DNA from: Mustelus asterias
Lineage: Eukaryota
DNA length: 64,000 nt
Direction: 5' to 3'
Assembly: GCF_964213995.1 (NCBI RefSeq)
Contig: NC_135818.1
Coordinates: forward strand, 69,564,001 to 69,628,000
Under the pieces are notes generated by a model, which was not told the DNA's origin, made no database searches, and worked only from the letters and a program-made list of their open reading frames with translations. This document shows positions 23,409-36,974 of this stretch, piece by piece (position 1 is the stretch's first letter; every line of letters starts with the position of its first letter). A program made the position numbers and the translations under genes.

Positions 23409-23910
23409 TCTGTCAAATTCTTTCTAGCGACAATCCTGAGATTATGGCCGTTTTTGGAGGGAGAGTCAGCCTTAAAGTGAGGCTATCTGTTTGCCAGTGC
23501 ATGATTGAGCATTTGGTGATGAGTAATGGGGAATCGGTTTTAAATTACTAGACCATAGAAGTGGCTGCTACATCGTAAGTTATTCTTTCTTTACACTGAT
23601 CACAATTGTCTGGCACACAGCTCATGTGGAAACTCTTGAGACTTGGATGATAGCTGCTGGAAGGCTGCTGGCAAATGCACCAGCTGAACAAACCCTATAT
23701 CTCCAAATGGTTGAACCACTGTTTGAGATAGGGTATGACGTGTGGTCATGCTTTGGTCAGAGAATGGTGGAACTGCAGTCATATTGTATTGGTCAACATG
23801 ATGGCCTTAAGAAGCTTATAGTATTGCTGTCTACCTATCGACAAATTAAATCTGTGTCTCCCAGTGTCCCATGCCCAACTGCTGGTTAAGCCTTTTTGGG
23901 AGAGAGTTAT

Positions 23911-24915
23911 GGGGCGGTATTTTACAACTGCATTGCGCCTGTTCTCGCCACGATGCGGTCGTAAAGTGGGGCGTAAAGTGAGCAGCACAATTGGCGCTGG
24001 CTTTCGTGACCGGCGCCATTTTACGACTTCAGGATTTCAGGTGCGCTCAGCCACTCGCTGGAAATGGGCGAGAGGCTGAATAATTTATGTAAAATTATGG
24101 AAATGCTAATCGGATGTTTTACATCTGATTAGTGAGCCCGGCGCTCAATCGTCCGGGCTCGTCTGCCTTTATGGCCTTGCCGGGAGAGGTTCTCTGCGGC
24201 GAGGAGTAGACATGCTCCCCATGAATGGAGAGCAGTGGTGTTGGCCTTACCGGTAGAACCCCGGAGTCCATTAAGGCCCCAGGGAGGCCGAGGGCAAGAC
24301 GGGGGTGCCCCTTGGACACTGCCACCCTGGCATCTTGGCACTGCCATGGGGCAGTGGCAGGGGATGGGTCCAGTGCCAGGGCATGCGGCCAGTGCCAGGG
24401 GGCGGGGATATTAGAGGGGTGGGGGGAGGGGGCCCGCTGCCACTCTGCACAGTTGGTGGGGAAGGGAGGGAGGGGGGGCCTGCTGCCACTCTGCAGCAAT
24501 CAGTGGGGGGGAGGGCAGCGGGGCTGCGATTGCTGGGGGATTGCTGGCAATCGGTCTGGGCAGCAGGGCGGCGGAGGGGGGCTGCATCTCGGTCCAAGGG
24601 CTTACATGAGTTAGGAGGTCCCATATGGGAAAATAGTGGGAAGTTAAGAGCAGGATTTCCTGACCCTCTCACTTCCTCACCCCTACCTCCCCCTCCTCCC
24701 ACGGCATGTTTTCTGGTGGCAGAAGTGGCTCACCATTGGCCACGAGCGGGCTCTTCCGCCAATGTCTATGGTGTGTTTTGCATCGCTCACCCGTCCCATC
24801 TTTAGGAAACCCACCGCGGAGGGTGGGAGTAGGGGGACGAAGGATGGGGGGCAGGTGGTTGGGTGGGTGGGCCACCTTCAGCGCGACCAGTGGAAAGGGC
24901 CAGAAAATCCCACCC
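23911..24915. mobile_element. ~1-kb GC-rich non-autonomous DNA transposon (GGG...CCC TIRs)
   Basis: GGGGCGGTATTTT start, AAAATCCCACCC end; internal G-rich repeats; CpG-rich relative to flanks. Confidence 0.65.
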
Positions 24916-25306
24916 AAAGTTTCGGTTGTTGCCAAGCTGTGCCTCAGTTCCATAGATTTAGGTAAGTAGATCATTCAGGCTGCTGGCTTTAGTAAATCCT
25001 GGAAGATATAAACTGGAGGTGCTGCCAGCTATGGGAGACCAAATTATGGAACATATTTTGTATGAATAAGACTAACCATCCAGCTTCATGCAATGTAAAG
25101 CAGCTAAAATTAAATACCTATTTTGTGATATTATTGTATTAATATATCATTCGTTAACATCTTGTTTAAACTAAACTTAAACTAAATGTTCCCTTTAAGT
25201 GTCCTGACTATTTATATTATTTTACTTCTGGATGAATTAGCAGAGAGAGAATGTAAAACAAAAAGCCAGGCGAACTACTGAACATTTGATCTTGTGCTGC
25301 ATTCAG

Positions 25307-25593
25307 GTCAACATTCTTCAGACGATGATGCAATTATTAAGGATCCTTTACCAGAGGATGCTGGGATTGATCATCAAACAGTCCATCAACTAATCACAGT
25401 TCTAATGAAATTCATGGCAAAGGATAAAAGCAGCGCTGAAGCTGATATCAGCAGTGCCAAAGCCTTCAACACAGTAAAACGCCATCTGTATGTATTACTT
25501 GGCTATGACCAGCAGGAGGGGTGTTTCATGATTGCCCCTCAGAAAATGCGAACGTCCACTTGTTTCAATGCCTTTATTGCTGGGATAGCGCAG
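25307..25593 (+). CDS. UNC79: UNC79 exon
   Basis: TTCAG acceptor, GTAAAG donor; QHSSDDDAIIKDPLPEDAGIDHQTVHQLITVLMKFMAKD...FNAFIAGIAQ; phase 1 to 0. Confidence 0.97.
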
Positions 25594-25720
25594 GTAAAGT
25601 ATGCCGTTATTAAGGTTTTTATAATTGGAGTACAAAAGTTCAAGCTGCTTTAGGCCTTTACATTAAGTTGTTCCATACGCATGTCAAACTGATGCGACCC
25701 ATTCTGGAATCTATAAAACT

Positions 25721-25833
25721 GCGGCACAGTGACACAGTGAAAACAGTGCTGCCTCACAACGCCAGGGTGGGATTGTTGTTGGTGCAGCTCAAAGGGCCAA
25801 ATGGCCTCTTTCTGGACTGTCGGGATTTCTGAT
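25721..25833 (+). mobile_element. Internally deleted HE1-type SINE (head fused to tail)
   Basis: GCGGCACAGTGACACAGTG...GCCTCACAACGCCAGG joined directly to GTGGGATTGTTGTTGGTGCAG tail. Confidence 0.75.
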
Positions 25834-26762
25834 ATTGTAAAATTTGGCTATTTTTTCCTCCTTTAATTGCACCACAAATGACAAAAACAGGAAATGAGAC
25901 AACAGGCAAAGCAATTGCCCTCAGGCCTCTGGCAATGCCACACTTCCTGTCGACCCACTTGCTGCCAAAACTGGGAATTTATTGCCAAAGGAACCGTGAC
26001 AGGCCGCCAGAGAACCTGCTGACTGATCTCTCAATGGGAAAATTCCCAATCAGCGACACCCCAAAGGCCCGAGAACTCAACCTAGTTACTTAAATCAGGC
26101 TGGCCTCAGCTCCAATGCAGGGTAAGCCCAGTGCACATCAAGCGGCAGGCATTTGCAAGCAGTCCAGCTTCCACTCTGAATTTACCCAGGTGGGCAAACA
26201 AGGCTGGTGTTTTGAAAGTGCAGTTGTGTGGATTTACACAATTGCTGCTTTTAGAGGAGCTACGTTACTGAACTAGCTTAACTTGTCTTTATATGGTACG
26301 TGCTTATGTAACTCTAGCTGGTTGCTAAATATTTAATGGATTGGAACATTTGACCAGAAAAGCATTTCTTCCTCTGATGGTTCAAGTGCTTCAATATTGC
26401 AGCTGGCTGGTGAACTGAACTGTCCACCAGATGGCACTCTTCAACAAAGCAAGAAATAGACTTTTGACAATCACTCCCTGATTTGTTTCTCTCAAGGCAT
26501 TAACTCAATTTTAAACTTAACAGAAATAATTGTCTTATCAATATTTATTAAACTTGTAGTAATTATTTTTGCTTAAAGTTAAATTAAAGTTAAAATTATC
26601 TTAGTAATGAGCCTTTCTCCTGCTTTGATAGAGGATGCTGTATGACAGTATCTCTAAAATGTTTACGTTTTTTACCTAAATACATGCAGGTAGACACATC
26701 ATTGTGATAAAGAATATAATTTTCCGCTATTCCTGTATTCCCAAAACTATCTATAAAGAATT

Positions 26763-27064
26763 AATCATAGAAGCCCTACAGTGCAGAAGGAGGCTAAGCG
26801 GCCCATCGAGCCTGCACCGACAACAATCCCACCCAGGGCCTATCCCCCTTAACCCCACGTAGTTATCCTGACACTGCAGGGCAATTTACCATGGCTAATC
26901 AACCTAACTCGCACATCTTTGGACTGTGGGAGGAAACCGGAGTTCCCGGACGAAACCCACGCAGACACGGGGAGAATGTGCAAACTCCACACAGGCAGTC
27001 ACCTGAGGCCGGAATTGAACCTGGGTTCCTGGTGCTGTGAAGCAACAGTGCCACTGTGCTGCCC
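26763..27064 (-). mobile_element. HE1/V-SINE-type SINE (CR1-like tail)
   Basis: Reverse complement of head, V-domain and tail. Confidence 0.9.
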
Positions 27065-27810
27065 CTGTTTGACGAATCTCCTTTTAAAAAAACTATGAAG
27101 TACCAATTTGGTTAGCTGTGCATATCTTTCTCAAGCTTCACAATTTCCCAGTCTGCAATTTAAATAGAATTTAAACATGTTCGGAGTGAAATATGGACGA
27201 GGTGGGAATGCATGGGCAGGGTTAGCAATGCATTGGTCGCACAGTATTTGGTTTCACTGACTTGAATGGAGCTGCAGGTTGGGCATGCACTATAACAGAC
27301 AGCAAAGTGATGCTGGCTCTTCTATGTTCCCGGCTATGTTCCCAGTTTCATACGAATTTTATTGAACTAATTCAAGCTTACACATTGTTCTGGTAGCAAC
27401 GCATTGTTGACATAAAGAAAGCCATTAGTTTCATTTTCCCCAATTCTCCCTGGTTGCTTGTCATGCCTGTTGCAAATTATGTTTTGACTTCTAGTACCCT
27501 GTGATCAGACAATAGCTCCTAGAAGCACTGCCCACTCGTCATGAGATTATTTGCTGCTCTGGTGATTCCAAAGCTATTTTAATTTTATATTTAAATAATA
27601 CAGCAATGTATATTTATTCCAAATCCAATTATATTTCTAATAAACAGAACTTTGAAACCAGTTTTTATCCTGAAGCTCCTAAGGGTTAAAGATTTGACTT
27701 TTAGTGATGCTCATTTTCACTGAAAAAGGGCAAGATTATATTTTATGTTATATTTCAGTTGCCACCCTAGGTTTTCCTCTAATACGGGACCCATGAAGCT
27801 AATAATTGGT

Positions 27811-28100
27811 GTGGAATAATGGTGATTAGCACCGTTGCCTCACATGGCCACGGACCCGGGTTCGATTCCTGGCTTGGGTGACTGTGCGGAGTCTGTGTGT
27901 TCTCCCCATGTCTGTGTGGGTTTCTTTCAGGTGCTCTGGTTTTCTCCCACAGTCCGAAAGATGTGCAGGTTAGGTACATTGGCCATGCTAAATTCTCTCT
28001 CAGTGTACCCGAGCAGGAGCCAGAGTGTGGCGACAAGGGGATTTCACAGTAACTTCATTGCAGTGTTAATGTAAGCTACTTGTGACACTAATAAATATAA
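27811..28100 (+). mobile_element. V-SINE, second tail type
   Basis: B box GGGTTCGATTCC, V-domain, tail ...TGTGACACTAATAAA. Confidence 0.88.
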
Positions 28101-28231
28101 TAATTTTCTGATGTGGCACATGTGATAATTTACAGGAGGTGAACTACTTCACTGGCTTAACCGACTTGTTCAGAGTTTTGTAAAATAAGACATTACTGAA
28201 CGTTTGATACTTAATGTCATATTTCTTGTAG

Positions 28232-28414
28232 GTTATGGATTACAACATTAGTCTGGGCAAACAACTCCTTCCTCTGGTGGTGCAAGTGCTTAAGTATTGC
28301 ACTTGTCCACAGCTACGTCATTATTTCCAGCAACCTCCACGCTGTTCTCTTTGGACTCTGAAACCTCATATCCGACAGATGTGGCTGAAAGCTTTGCTAG
28401 TGATTCTGTACAAG
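28232..28414 (+). CDS. UNC79: UNC79 exon
   Basis: TAG acceptor, GT donor; VMDYNISLGKQLLPLVVQVLKYCTCPQLRHYFQQPPRCSLWTLKPHIRQMWLKALLVILYK; phase 0 to 0. Confidence 0.97.
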
Positions 28415-29643
28415 GTACAACTATATTTTCAACCATAATGTACATTGCAGCCTTGACCAGGTGACAGCTTGTCCACAATACTGCATGGAGATTTTGTTAT
28501 GGAAGTTGGGAAAGGCAAACGCTACTTCATTGTCAACCTTCAGTGATGGACAAATATAGTTGAAACATTCTGAGTATGTTTTTCTGCACTAAATTAAGTG
28601 TCACCTGCTAGGCAATTATTGATTAAGTTAAAGTGGCGTGTAATAGTATCTTATATTAGTATCATGTTAGCACGATCAGATTTAGCAAATTATCACACCT
28701 CTGGTTTTCAAAACACTAGCTATTGATTTTTCAATGATTTATTACTCTTTGAGTGGCGTTAAATCTCCGTGGATAGGATGATATTTCAGACCTTTTGTGA
28801 ACAATTAAGTTAAGGACATGTCTTTGATATAGCTGTCAGGAGGAATGTAGGTAGCCTTTTGTAAATATGACCACCAACTACTATTGGCGTGTTATTCTCT
28901 CATTTCTTCAGTAATTCAGAGAAGCCCTTGGCAGAATTCCAAATCTACAACTGGAAGTCAGATGGGAGTTTGTTCAGCCTTTTTTGACCGACCCTTTTTG
29001 TGGGACGTGATCTTTTCCTGGCGCTTAAGCAATTCTGATCATCGCTGTGCAGTCAAGACATTGCTTTCACAAGGACTGTGTGCAAGTCATTCCTCCCAGT
29101 GCTATTGTGGACAGATGTGCCTGGCAGATAGATTCATGTGGCTCAGACCAAATAGATCACTTCCACAATTTTGTTAATGCCCTCATCACCTGATGCAGGT
29201 GCAGTCTGGTAGCTGTGTCCCTCAGGACTTGATTAAATTGTCAGCGGTATAACTTGCAGGTCACCTTTGGTGGTGGTCTGTGTGCTTACTTCCTTCAGAG
29301 ATTTTTTCAAGTGATGTCCAACATGGTGGAGTACTGATTCATCGTTTGAAGGGGTGGAGGTAGCTTGTAATCAATAAGAAGTTTACTTAGAAGTGTTAGA
29401 CCTGAAGCTATGAAACTTCAGATGGTCTAAAGTCAATATTGAGACCCAATCCCACTTAACTGTATCCTACACCTGGACCCACTTTTGGTCCGTCTATGCT
29501 GCCAATGGAATCTGGACTGACAATCAGTATCAGGAAGACCAAATGTATGGACCAGGACGTGGAGACTCCATCTTCCATCAGTGCCGACAATCTCACTTTG
29601 GAGGTCATCCTGCACTTCACATACCTTGGGTTAACAATCACCA

Positions 29644-30224
29644 TGATATGGAGATGCTGGTGTTGGACTGGGATAGGCACAGTAAGAAGTCTCACAACAT
29701 CAGGTTAAAGCCCAACAGGTTTATTGGAATCATGAGCTTTCGGAGCGCTGCTCCTTCATCAGGTGAGTGGAGAGGTAGGTTTCACAAACTTGGCATATAT
29801 AGACAAAGGCACAATTGCAAGATAATGGTTGGAATGCGAGTCTTTACAGATAATCAAACCTTTACAGGTACAGACAGTCCGAGTGGAGAGAGGGATAATG
29901 ACAGGTTAAAGAGGTGTGAATTGTCTCAAGCCAAGACAGTTAGTAAGATTTTGCAACCCCCAGGCCAAATGGTGGGGGTTACACATAGTGTGACATGAAC
30001 TCAAGATTTCGGTTAAGGCTGTTTTCATGCGTGTGGAACTTGGCTATCAGTTTCTGCGCAGCAATTCTGCATTGTCATGTGTCTTGAAGGCCGCCTTGGA
30101 GAACACTTACCCGAAGATCGGAGGCTGAATGCCTTTGAGTGCTGAAGTGTTCCCCGACTGGAAGGGAACACTCCTGCCTGGCGACTGTCATGTGGTGCCC
30201 GTTCATCCGTTGTTGTAGTGTCTG
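29644..30224 (-). mobile_element. Penelope-like element 3' fragment (GIY-YIG C-terminus plus terminal repeat)
   Basis: Minus translation QTLQQRMNGH...PVGEHFS..HSASDLRVSVLQGG...QKLIAKF.TH...LNRNLEF; 9-bp TSD CAATCACCA at 29635-29643 and 30225-30233. Confidence 0.88.
29730..29766 (-). ncRNA. Minimal hammerhead ribozyme motif (Penelope-type)
   Basis: Minus strand TCAC-CTGATGA-AGGAGC-AGC-GCTCC-GAAA-GCTC-ATGA: intact CUGAUGA/GAAA core, 5-bp stem II. Confidence 0.75.
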
Positions 30225-30675
30225 CAATCACCAGCAACCTTTCGCCTGATGCAAACCCCAGGATTGTCAAGACCACAGCTGTCATGTCAAAGTTGAGAAG
30301 GCGAGTGTGGACCAAAAATACAAAGCTCCAGCTGTACCAGGCTTGTATTTTCAGCACCCTCCTTTAGAGTGGCGATGCATGGATAACTTATGCAAGCCAA
30401 GAAAAGCAGCTGCACAGCTTCCACCTCTGCTTCCTCTGACCTTCCTCTGTCCTCCTGGCAGGACAGAGTGTTGAATATGAAAGTGCACCAGTGGATCTTG
30501 GGTCATGTGTACTAAATGGATGACGTCTGCATTCCCAAAGACATGCTCTATGGCAAGCTTGGCATCAGCAAGAGACCAACAGGTTCCGGGGAAAGCAGAG
30601 GACAAAAGAAATGACCAGAAGGTGGAAAATGGAACCCGGCAGAAGGTTGACCTCAGGTCAACCCTATTCATCTGT

Positions 30676-30838
30676 TTAAAAAAAGCAAAATACTGCGGAT
30701 GCTGGAAATCTGAAAGAAAAACAGAAAACGTTGGATCAAAGTCAGCAGATCTGGCAGCATCTGTGGAGTGCAAAAACAGATTCTGCAGAAGGGTCATATA
30801 GACTCGAAACGTTAACTGTGTTTTTCTCTCCACAGATG
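30676..30838. mobile_element. Penelope-derived short insertion (same family as 2481-2691)
   Basis: AAAAGCAAAATACTGCGGATGCTGGAAATCTGAAA start; 12-bp TSD CTATTCATCTGT at 30664-30675 and 30839-30850; mutated hammerhead core at 30783-30816. Confidence 0.75.
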
Positions 30839-31816
30839 CTATTCATCTGTACCAGCTGTGGAAGGGACTGCCACTCATGAGTCAGCCTCTAAAACGACAA
30901 CAGATGTTGGTCAGTTCAGAAGTAACATGCACCCGGGTGCAGTCCACTCACTGTCTGTCGAGATAGACGAATGCCTGCTACTGTCCTGTTAATGGGACTT
31001 TATAGACCCACAGCTAAGGGATATTAGGTGTCAGGGTGATGGGTATGATTTTGTGCGTGTGTCGGGTTTTTGCTCGAGTAGCTTGATTAGCATTTTGGAC
31101 AATGCTTACCACGTGAACACCCGTTCCTGGATATTGGTGAGGAACCTTTTGCAAAACAGACTGGGCTGGGACTAACTGAGTATTTACTAATCTGACTTTT
31201 GGGACGGATTTCAGATTTGTAATAGTTTTATAACTGAGTGGCTTTCTAGGCCAACTCAAAAAATCAACAACATATTGTGGGACTGACATCATATTAAGAC
31301 CAAACTTGATAGCTTTGGCATGCTTCATTTTGTCAAGGATATTAGTGAATCAGTGCTTTTTAATGAGAATAATGTAGCATTGATGAAAAGCTCTAAATCA
31401 TTGAGGAAGAATGCAGAAGACCATTTACCCCATAATATATGTGCTGGTGCTAAATCCTCACTAATCTATCGAATATATTTTCTACTGTTTAATATTTCTC
31501 CTTTCAATGTATTTATCCAAATACCTTTTTCAATTTATATTCACGACACTGCCTCACATTATTGTTAGTAAATTGCTCCATGTTATAAAAGGATTTGAAT
31601 GAAAATGATTCTTCATGGTTTTCTTACATTCTTCTTGTGGTCCATGCTTTCATATTAATGTTTCATAAACTGTAGGAGCAAGCTTTCACTCTTAAAGTCT
31701 TTCATAATTCTGAAAATCTCTATTTGACCCAATTAGCCTGCTCAGTTCTGGTGAAAAGGTGTCATTTTGAACTTTTCTTCATAACTATTCTTCATTCCTC
31801 TTATGCCTGGGATCTC

Positions 31817-33075
31817 TGGGTTTGGATTTTAAACCTCAAGATGGGAGTCATGAGTTGGGTCATTACCCACTATTGCGATGCTGCCTGGTAGTGTCTACCC
31901 ACGCTAATTTCCTGGCAGAATGGTGGGGCCAACCTGGAGTTGGAACCCTGCCTCTGGAAGCAGGACTGGGTTGGAAATAGAGACAAGTGAGACAGGTAGG
32001 TTAGAAGGCCTGCCTCCATTCGCTGGGACAGAGGCTCAGTTCCATAAATCAGTATTAGGAAACCTAGCCTTCACAATTCTCGCCCCTTCCGCTCGCACCC
32101 AACTCTTCCATAAGGTCTCCATACCCCATGCCCACTCACCCAGTGTTTACTATAGACAGAACTCATGCGCTCCATCATAACATTGGGAAGACTCTCAGAT
32201 GCTCATGAAACTGTAAAAAAATAAACAACCATTCAAAAACCTCTTCAAAACACCTTTAAGCTTATAAAACTGTCAGTCAAATACAACCATTCAAACTCCA
32301 CTTGAAAAAAATTAATCTAGTCATATGCTTGTAAAACTATCACAATAAACAAAGCCATTTAAAAACCTCTTCAAAATATTCAATCCTATTGCTTATAAAA
32401 CTGGCAATCTGTATCAGCAACCCCTGCTGTACTAAATCTATTAGTGGGCTTGGAGCCCAGCCAAGTGTTCATGATGGGATTCCAAAGTACAGTATCAACA
32501 AAGCCTATAGAGCTGAATACATTAAAGCTTTTGAAGTCTTGGAGCAGTTTGCCAACTGATGGGGGAATTGAGATATTAAAATCTTAATCTCAGTACAATT
32601 GAATGTCGTACTTTATCCACTGGATAATGCATCTGAATACTTTCATAATGCTAGTCAATTTAATGACCACTTAACTTCTAAGAACAAATCCCGTTCATTA
32701 ATCATAGTGTTAAAAACATATTTAACTGGGCATACACCATTGCATTATGATATGAGAAGTTGTCAACACCTTTTAAAACTTAGCTGCCAAAACGTTCCTG
32801 ACTCCAGATGCAGCTTTCCCCATGGTTCATCGCTTTGCTGTGAATCATGTCTTCTAACAAAATGGGCCCAAGTAGTGGGGTGTCTAAAATGCCCACCATT
32901 GCAACGGAGTAGTCAAAGGTGGCATTGCTGCACGTGAACTCTTTATCTGCAACCTTATCCCAGGGACATTAAAATCATTACAGGAGTAGGTTTTGGAATC
33001 CCAGAATCAGGTCCTGATCACCATTTTTAAATTTCCTCGACCACTGTTTTGAAATGGACGTGAAAATCCAACCCA
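31817..33075. mobile_element. ~1.25-kb old non-autonomous DNA transposon
   Basis: TGGGTTTGGATTTT start and AAAATCCAACCCA end; internal segments resemble 54116-55110. Confidence 0.5.
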
Positions 33076-33237
33076 TTGGTGTTCAAACAGATTAAACAGC
33101 TAATCACGAGAAAGAATTCTCACTGAAAGCAAACCAGGAAGTAACAAGCAGGTTTTAACATTCATTTTCTTTGGCAATTTTACAGAAAGCAGAATAGAGG
33201 TTTGGACATACACATGGGATTAAGGTTTATGATAATG

Positions 33238-33606
33238 TGATTTGATTTGATTTTTATTGTCAAGCGTATTAGTATACAGTGAAAAGTATTGTTTCTTGCA
33301 AGCTTTACAGACAAAGCATACCATTCATCGAGAAGGAAAGGCTAGAGTGCAGCAGAAGGGTAGTGATCCAGTCATAGCTAGGGTATAGAGAAAGATCAAC
33401 TTAGTGCGAGGTAGGTCCATTCAAAAGTCTGATGGCAGCAGGGAAGAGGCCGTTCTTGAGTCGGTTGGTACGTGATATCAGACTTTTGTATCTTTTTCCC
33501 GACGGAAGAAGGTGGAAGAGAGCATGTCTGGGATGCGTGTGGTCCTTAATTATGCTAGCTGCTTTTCGGAGGCAATGGGAAGTGTAGACGGAGTCAATAG
33601 ATGGGA
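33238..33606 (-). mobile_element. Rex1/Babar LINE 3' fragment
   Basis: Highly similar to 19271-19683; (GATTT)n tail on + strand. Confidence 0.85.
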
Positions 33607-33883
33607 CAGCTTTTACAAATTAAAAATTTGATTTTCCACAACCTGAAAGTTAGCTTTTTAGAGCCAGAGAGATTGTTCAGAAGTGCTTATGAATTAGTAT
33701 GCAGTTTAGAATCTCATTACTCCTCATAAGACAAAAATTTTTCAAGGTTTTTATAATAACTGTAGTGCTTTCTAGATGACTTTCATTTGTGAGGACTTTA
33801 ACAGCATGTCCTGTGAAGGAATGAGGAAGCATTGACAGAAGCTTCTGGATTATAACTTTTAACTACACATGTGCAGACACCAC

Positions 33884-35024
33884 ATAGAACATAGAACAGT
33901 ACAGCACAGTACAGGCCCTTTGGCCCACGATGTTTTGCCGAACCTTTTCCGAAACCAAGATCAAGCTATCCCACTCCCTATCATTCTAGTGTGCTCCATG
34001 TGCCTATCCAATAACCGCTTGAAAGTTCCTAAAGTGTCCAACTCCACTATCACAGCAGGCAGTCCATTCCACACCCCAACCACTCTGAGTAAAGAACCTA
34101 CCTCGTACATCCCTCCTATATCTTCCACCACGAACCTTATAGTTATGCCCCTAGTAACAGCTACATCCACCCGAGGGAATAGTCTCTGAACATCCACTCT
34201 ATCTATCCCCCTCATCATCTTATAAACCTCTATTAAGTCGCTTCTCAATCTCCTCCGCTCTAAAGAGAAAAGCCCTAGCTCCCTCAACCTTTCCTCATAA
34301 GACCTACCCTCCAAACCAGGCAGCATCCTGGTAAATCTCCTTTGCACTCTTTCCAGCGCTTCCACATCCTCCTTATAGTGAGGTGACCAGAACTGCACAC
34401 ACTATTCCAAATGTGGTCTCACCAAGGTCCTGTACAGTTGCAGCATAACCCCACAGCTCTTAAACTCAAACCCCCTGTTCATAAACGCTAACACACGATA
34501 GGCCTTCTTCACGGCTCTATCCACTTGAGTGGCAACCTTCAGAGATCTGTGGATATGAACCCCAAGATCCCTCTGTTCCTCCACATTCCTCAGAACCCTA
34601 CCTTTGACCCTATAATCCGCATTCAAATTTGTCCTACCAAAGTGAATCACCTCGCACTTATCAGGGTTAAACGCCATCTGCCATTTTTCGGCCCAGCTCT
34701 GCATCCTATCTATGTCTCTTTGCAGCCTACAACAGTCCTCCACCTCATCCACTACTCCACCAATCTTGGTGTCATCCGCAAATTTACTGACCCACCCTTC
34801 AACCCCCTCCTCCAAGCCATTTATAAAAATCACAAATAGCAGAGGACCCAGCACTGATCCTTGTGGTACACCGTTGGTAACTGGTCTCCAGTCTGAAAAT
34901 TTTCCATCCACCACCACCCTCTGTCTTCTATGAGATAGCCAGTTACTTATCCAATCGGCCAAATTTCCCTCTATCCCACACCTCCTTACTTTCTTCATGA
35001 GCCGACCATGGGGGACCTTATCAA
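33884..35024 (-). mobile_element. Young 5'-truncated CR1 (HER1-like) LINE
   Basis: RT motifs FDKVPH, GVPQGSVLGPLLF, SKFADDTK, LVRPHLE*.QFWSP; (ATAGAAC)2 tail; ACCAC duplicated at 33879-33883 and 35025-35029. Confidence 0.95.
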
Positions 35025-35029
35025 ACCAC

Positions 35030-35150
35030 GGGTGGGAGTTTACAGCCTCGCTCATCCCACAAACGCCACCCCAGGTCAACGGACCTTTCCATTGTCCGCC
35101 CCTCGCCTGCTCCAATTCCCGTGGCGGGCAGGATGGTAAAATTCCAGCCC
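35030..35150 (-). mobile_element. ~125-bp MITE family copy
   Basis: GGGTGGGAGTTTAC...GGTAAAATTCCAGCCC; homologous to 4197-4323. Confidence 0.75.
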
Positions 35151-36040
35151 AGAAATTGTTGTTGTTTTCACAGAGTAATGATGGTGGACCCTAAAAATTT
35201 TGCCATCATCTTAACCACAAAATCTGGGCCTGTGATTCTCACTTTTCAGTCTTCGTATGTTCTTTATTATGAGAGTTAATTCTTCTCCTAGGTTTCTCAA
35301 TTTGAAGAAAGAACTCATCTGCAAGGCACCAGTCAATTTTCAAAACGCTCTAGAATGTTTAAATAAATAACTGAGGAAATTAGATGTCAATAATTTCAGG
35401 ATTGCCACAAATTAAGGGATTGCATCAGTAGCATTGACCAGCATCTTGCATAATCCCAGTGTTTAAAAATGATGAGCAGACGTGAAGTATAAACTTGTAG
35501 TGGAGAGAAGGCAAAGAGTGCTCTATGCAATGCTAACTCATGAAAATGATACTGGTTATAAGGGCACCTATTATGGTTTTAGAAGTAGATTTTGCCTCAC
35601 AAATCTAGGCAGTTTTTGGAAGAAATGGCAAAATCAAAGGACATCTGCTAATATCTAATACAGTTGGATTTTCAGAAAGCTGTCAAGTTGATGGTTCTTC
35701 TAAGGCGTTACGTGGGCTTACTGGCCAACTTGTCACTTTGGTAGAAAATTAGTTTGACAACAAAGGAGAAATTTATAAATGCATACATTACTATGGGAAG
35801 AGGAAGTTGCGGAGTCGAGTTTCTCAAACATTTGAGCTGACCATTCTTTTCACACAGCATAAATAACATGGAGAGGAAGGACCTTCCGTCATCCTATACT
35901 CTTCTTTCAAGTTTACAATGTGAGCAAGTAGTTTCTGCAATGAAAAAGAAAAGGGAAAAAAAATACGTTTATTTTAAAATATAGGCATTATATCACTTAT
36001 TAGATAAATATTGCACTAACATTCTTTATTTTACTTCTAG

Positions 36041-36203
36041 TATCCCTACAGAGACTCTGAAACCAGTAAGATTGTACTGCATCTGATCTATATCACAATT
36101 AATACGCTTAATGCACAATACCACAGCTGTAAGCCCCATCCGACTGCTGGACCCCTTTACAGTGATAATAGTAATATAAGCAAATACAGTGAGAAAGAAA
36201 AAG
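36041..36203 (+). CDS. UNC79: UNC79 exon
   Basis: CTAAC branch-like motif, TTCTAG acceptor, GTAAG donor; YPYRDSETSKIVLHLIYITINTLNAQYHSCKPHPTAGPLYSDNSNISKYSEKEK; phase 0 to 1. Confidence 0.97.
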
Positions 36204-36974
36204 GTAAGATAAACTATAATTAATATTTGTTGACTTTTACAAAGGATAAAGCAAACATGAACTCATATTTTTTGATTTGTGTTGAAGTTTTTTTAATATT
36301 GATAGACCTTGGGGTTTAAGGCCTGAATGTATTACAGTTGGTATAATAAAACTGTGATTGTCATGCTTTAGAACACTACAGCTTTCAACATATGCTTTTG
36401 ATTATTTTCCTCCTGCCAAATTGTTGTTCTAATCTCTTCATGCCTTCCTACTCATGCACCTTCTCAGGTTGCGATCACAGGCTGGTGATCTGTTTCAAGA
36501 CTTCCGCCAATGCCAGTACTCCCTGTTCCAACCTGATAGTTGCATGATACAAAGATAATGGAGTTGGTGGTTAATCACAGTAGTCAGACTGTTCAGTTAA
36601 CCTACAGCTGGCCCAAAAATGACATGAAAGTGGAGAATTATGAGGGCCAAGGGCCCAAAGTCAACTTTTTCCTGGCAAACATGTACAAACCACATGTCCT
36701 GTAACAAATGACTCATCGACTGCAACACGAAATTTATTTTCTGAAAAAAATCTATCTAATTTGTCTTCAGCATGATTTAATTCTCCCCTTGAAGAAAAAT
36801 ACCCACACCCTCGATCATTATTAGGGAGTTTACCAATAGAAAACATGGGCACTGTACATTTTACTACTCCATAACACGTTATATTGGTACATATGTGGAG
36901 ACTGATGGCATAAAGCCATCTGGCATTTTAAACAAGAAAGCACTTTTTCGCTATTTCTTCGGCTCTTCGATATT

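Larger units (their letters stand above)
29510..30960 (+). mobile_element. RTE-clade LINE 3' fragment interrupted by two Penelope-type insertions
   Basis: GLTISIRKTKCM.QDVETPSSIS.DN.TLEV..FTYLG.TIT continues after 30225 (..KLQLYQACIFSTLL); degraded. Confidence 0.7.

Noticed and set aside
24119-24974. Cluster of overlapping 100-166 aa G/P-rich ORFs
   Set aside because: By-product of high GC content inside a non-autonomous transposon; open on both strands with no domain.
30349-30370. TTCAGCACC half-site suggesting an RE1/NRSE element
   Set aside because: The second half-site (GGACAG) is missing, and the sequence is part of an RTE coding remnant.
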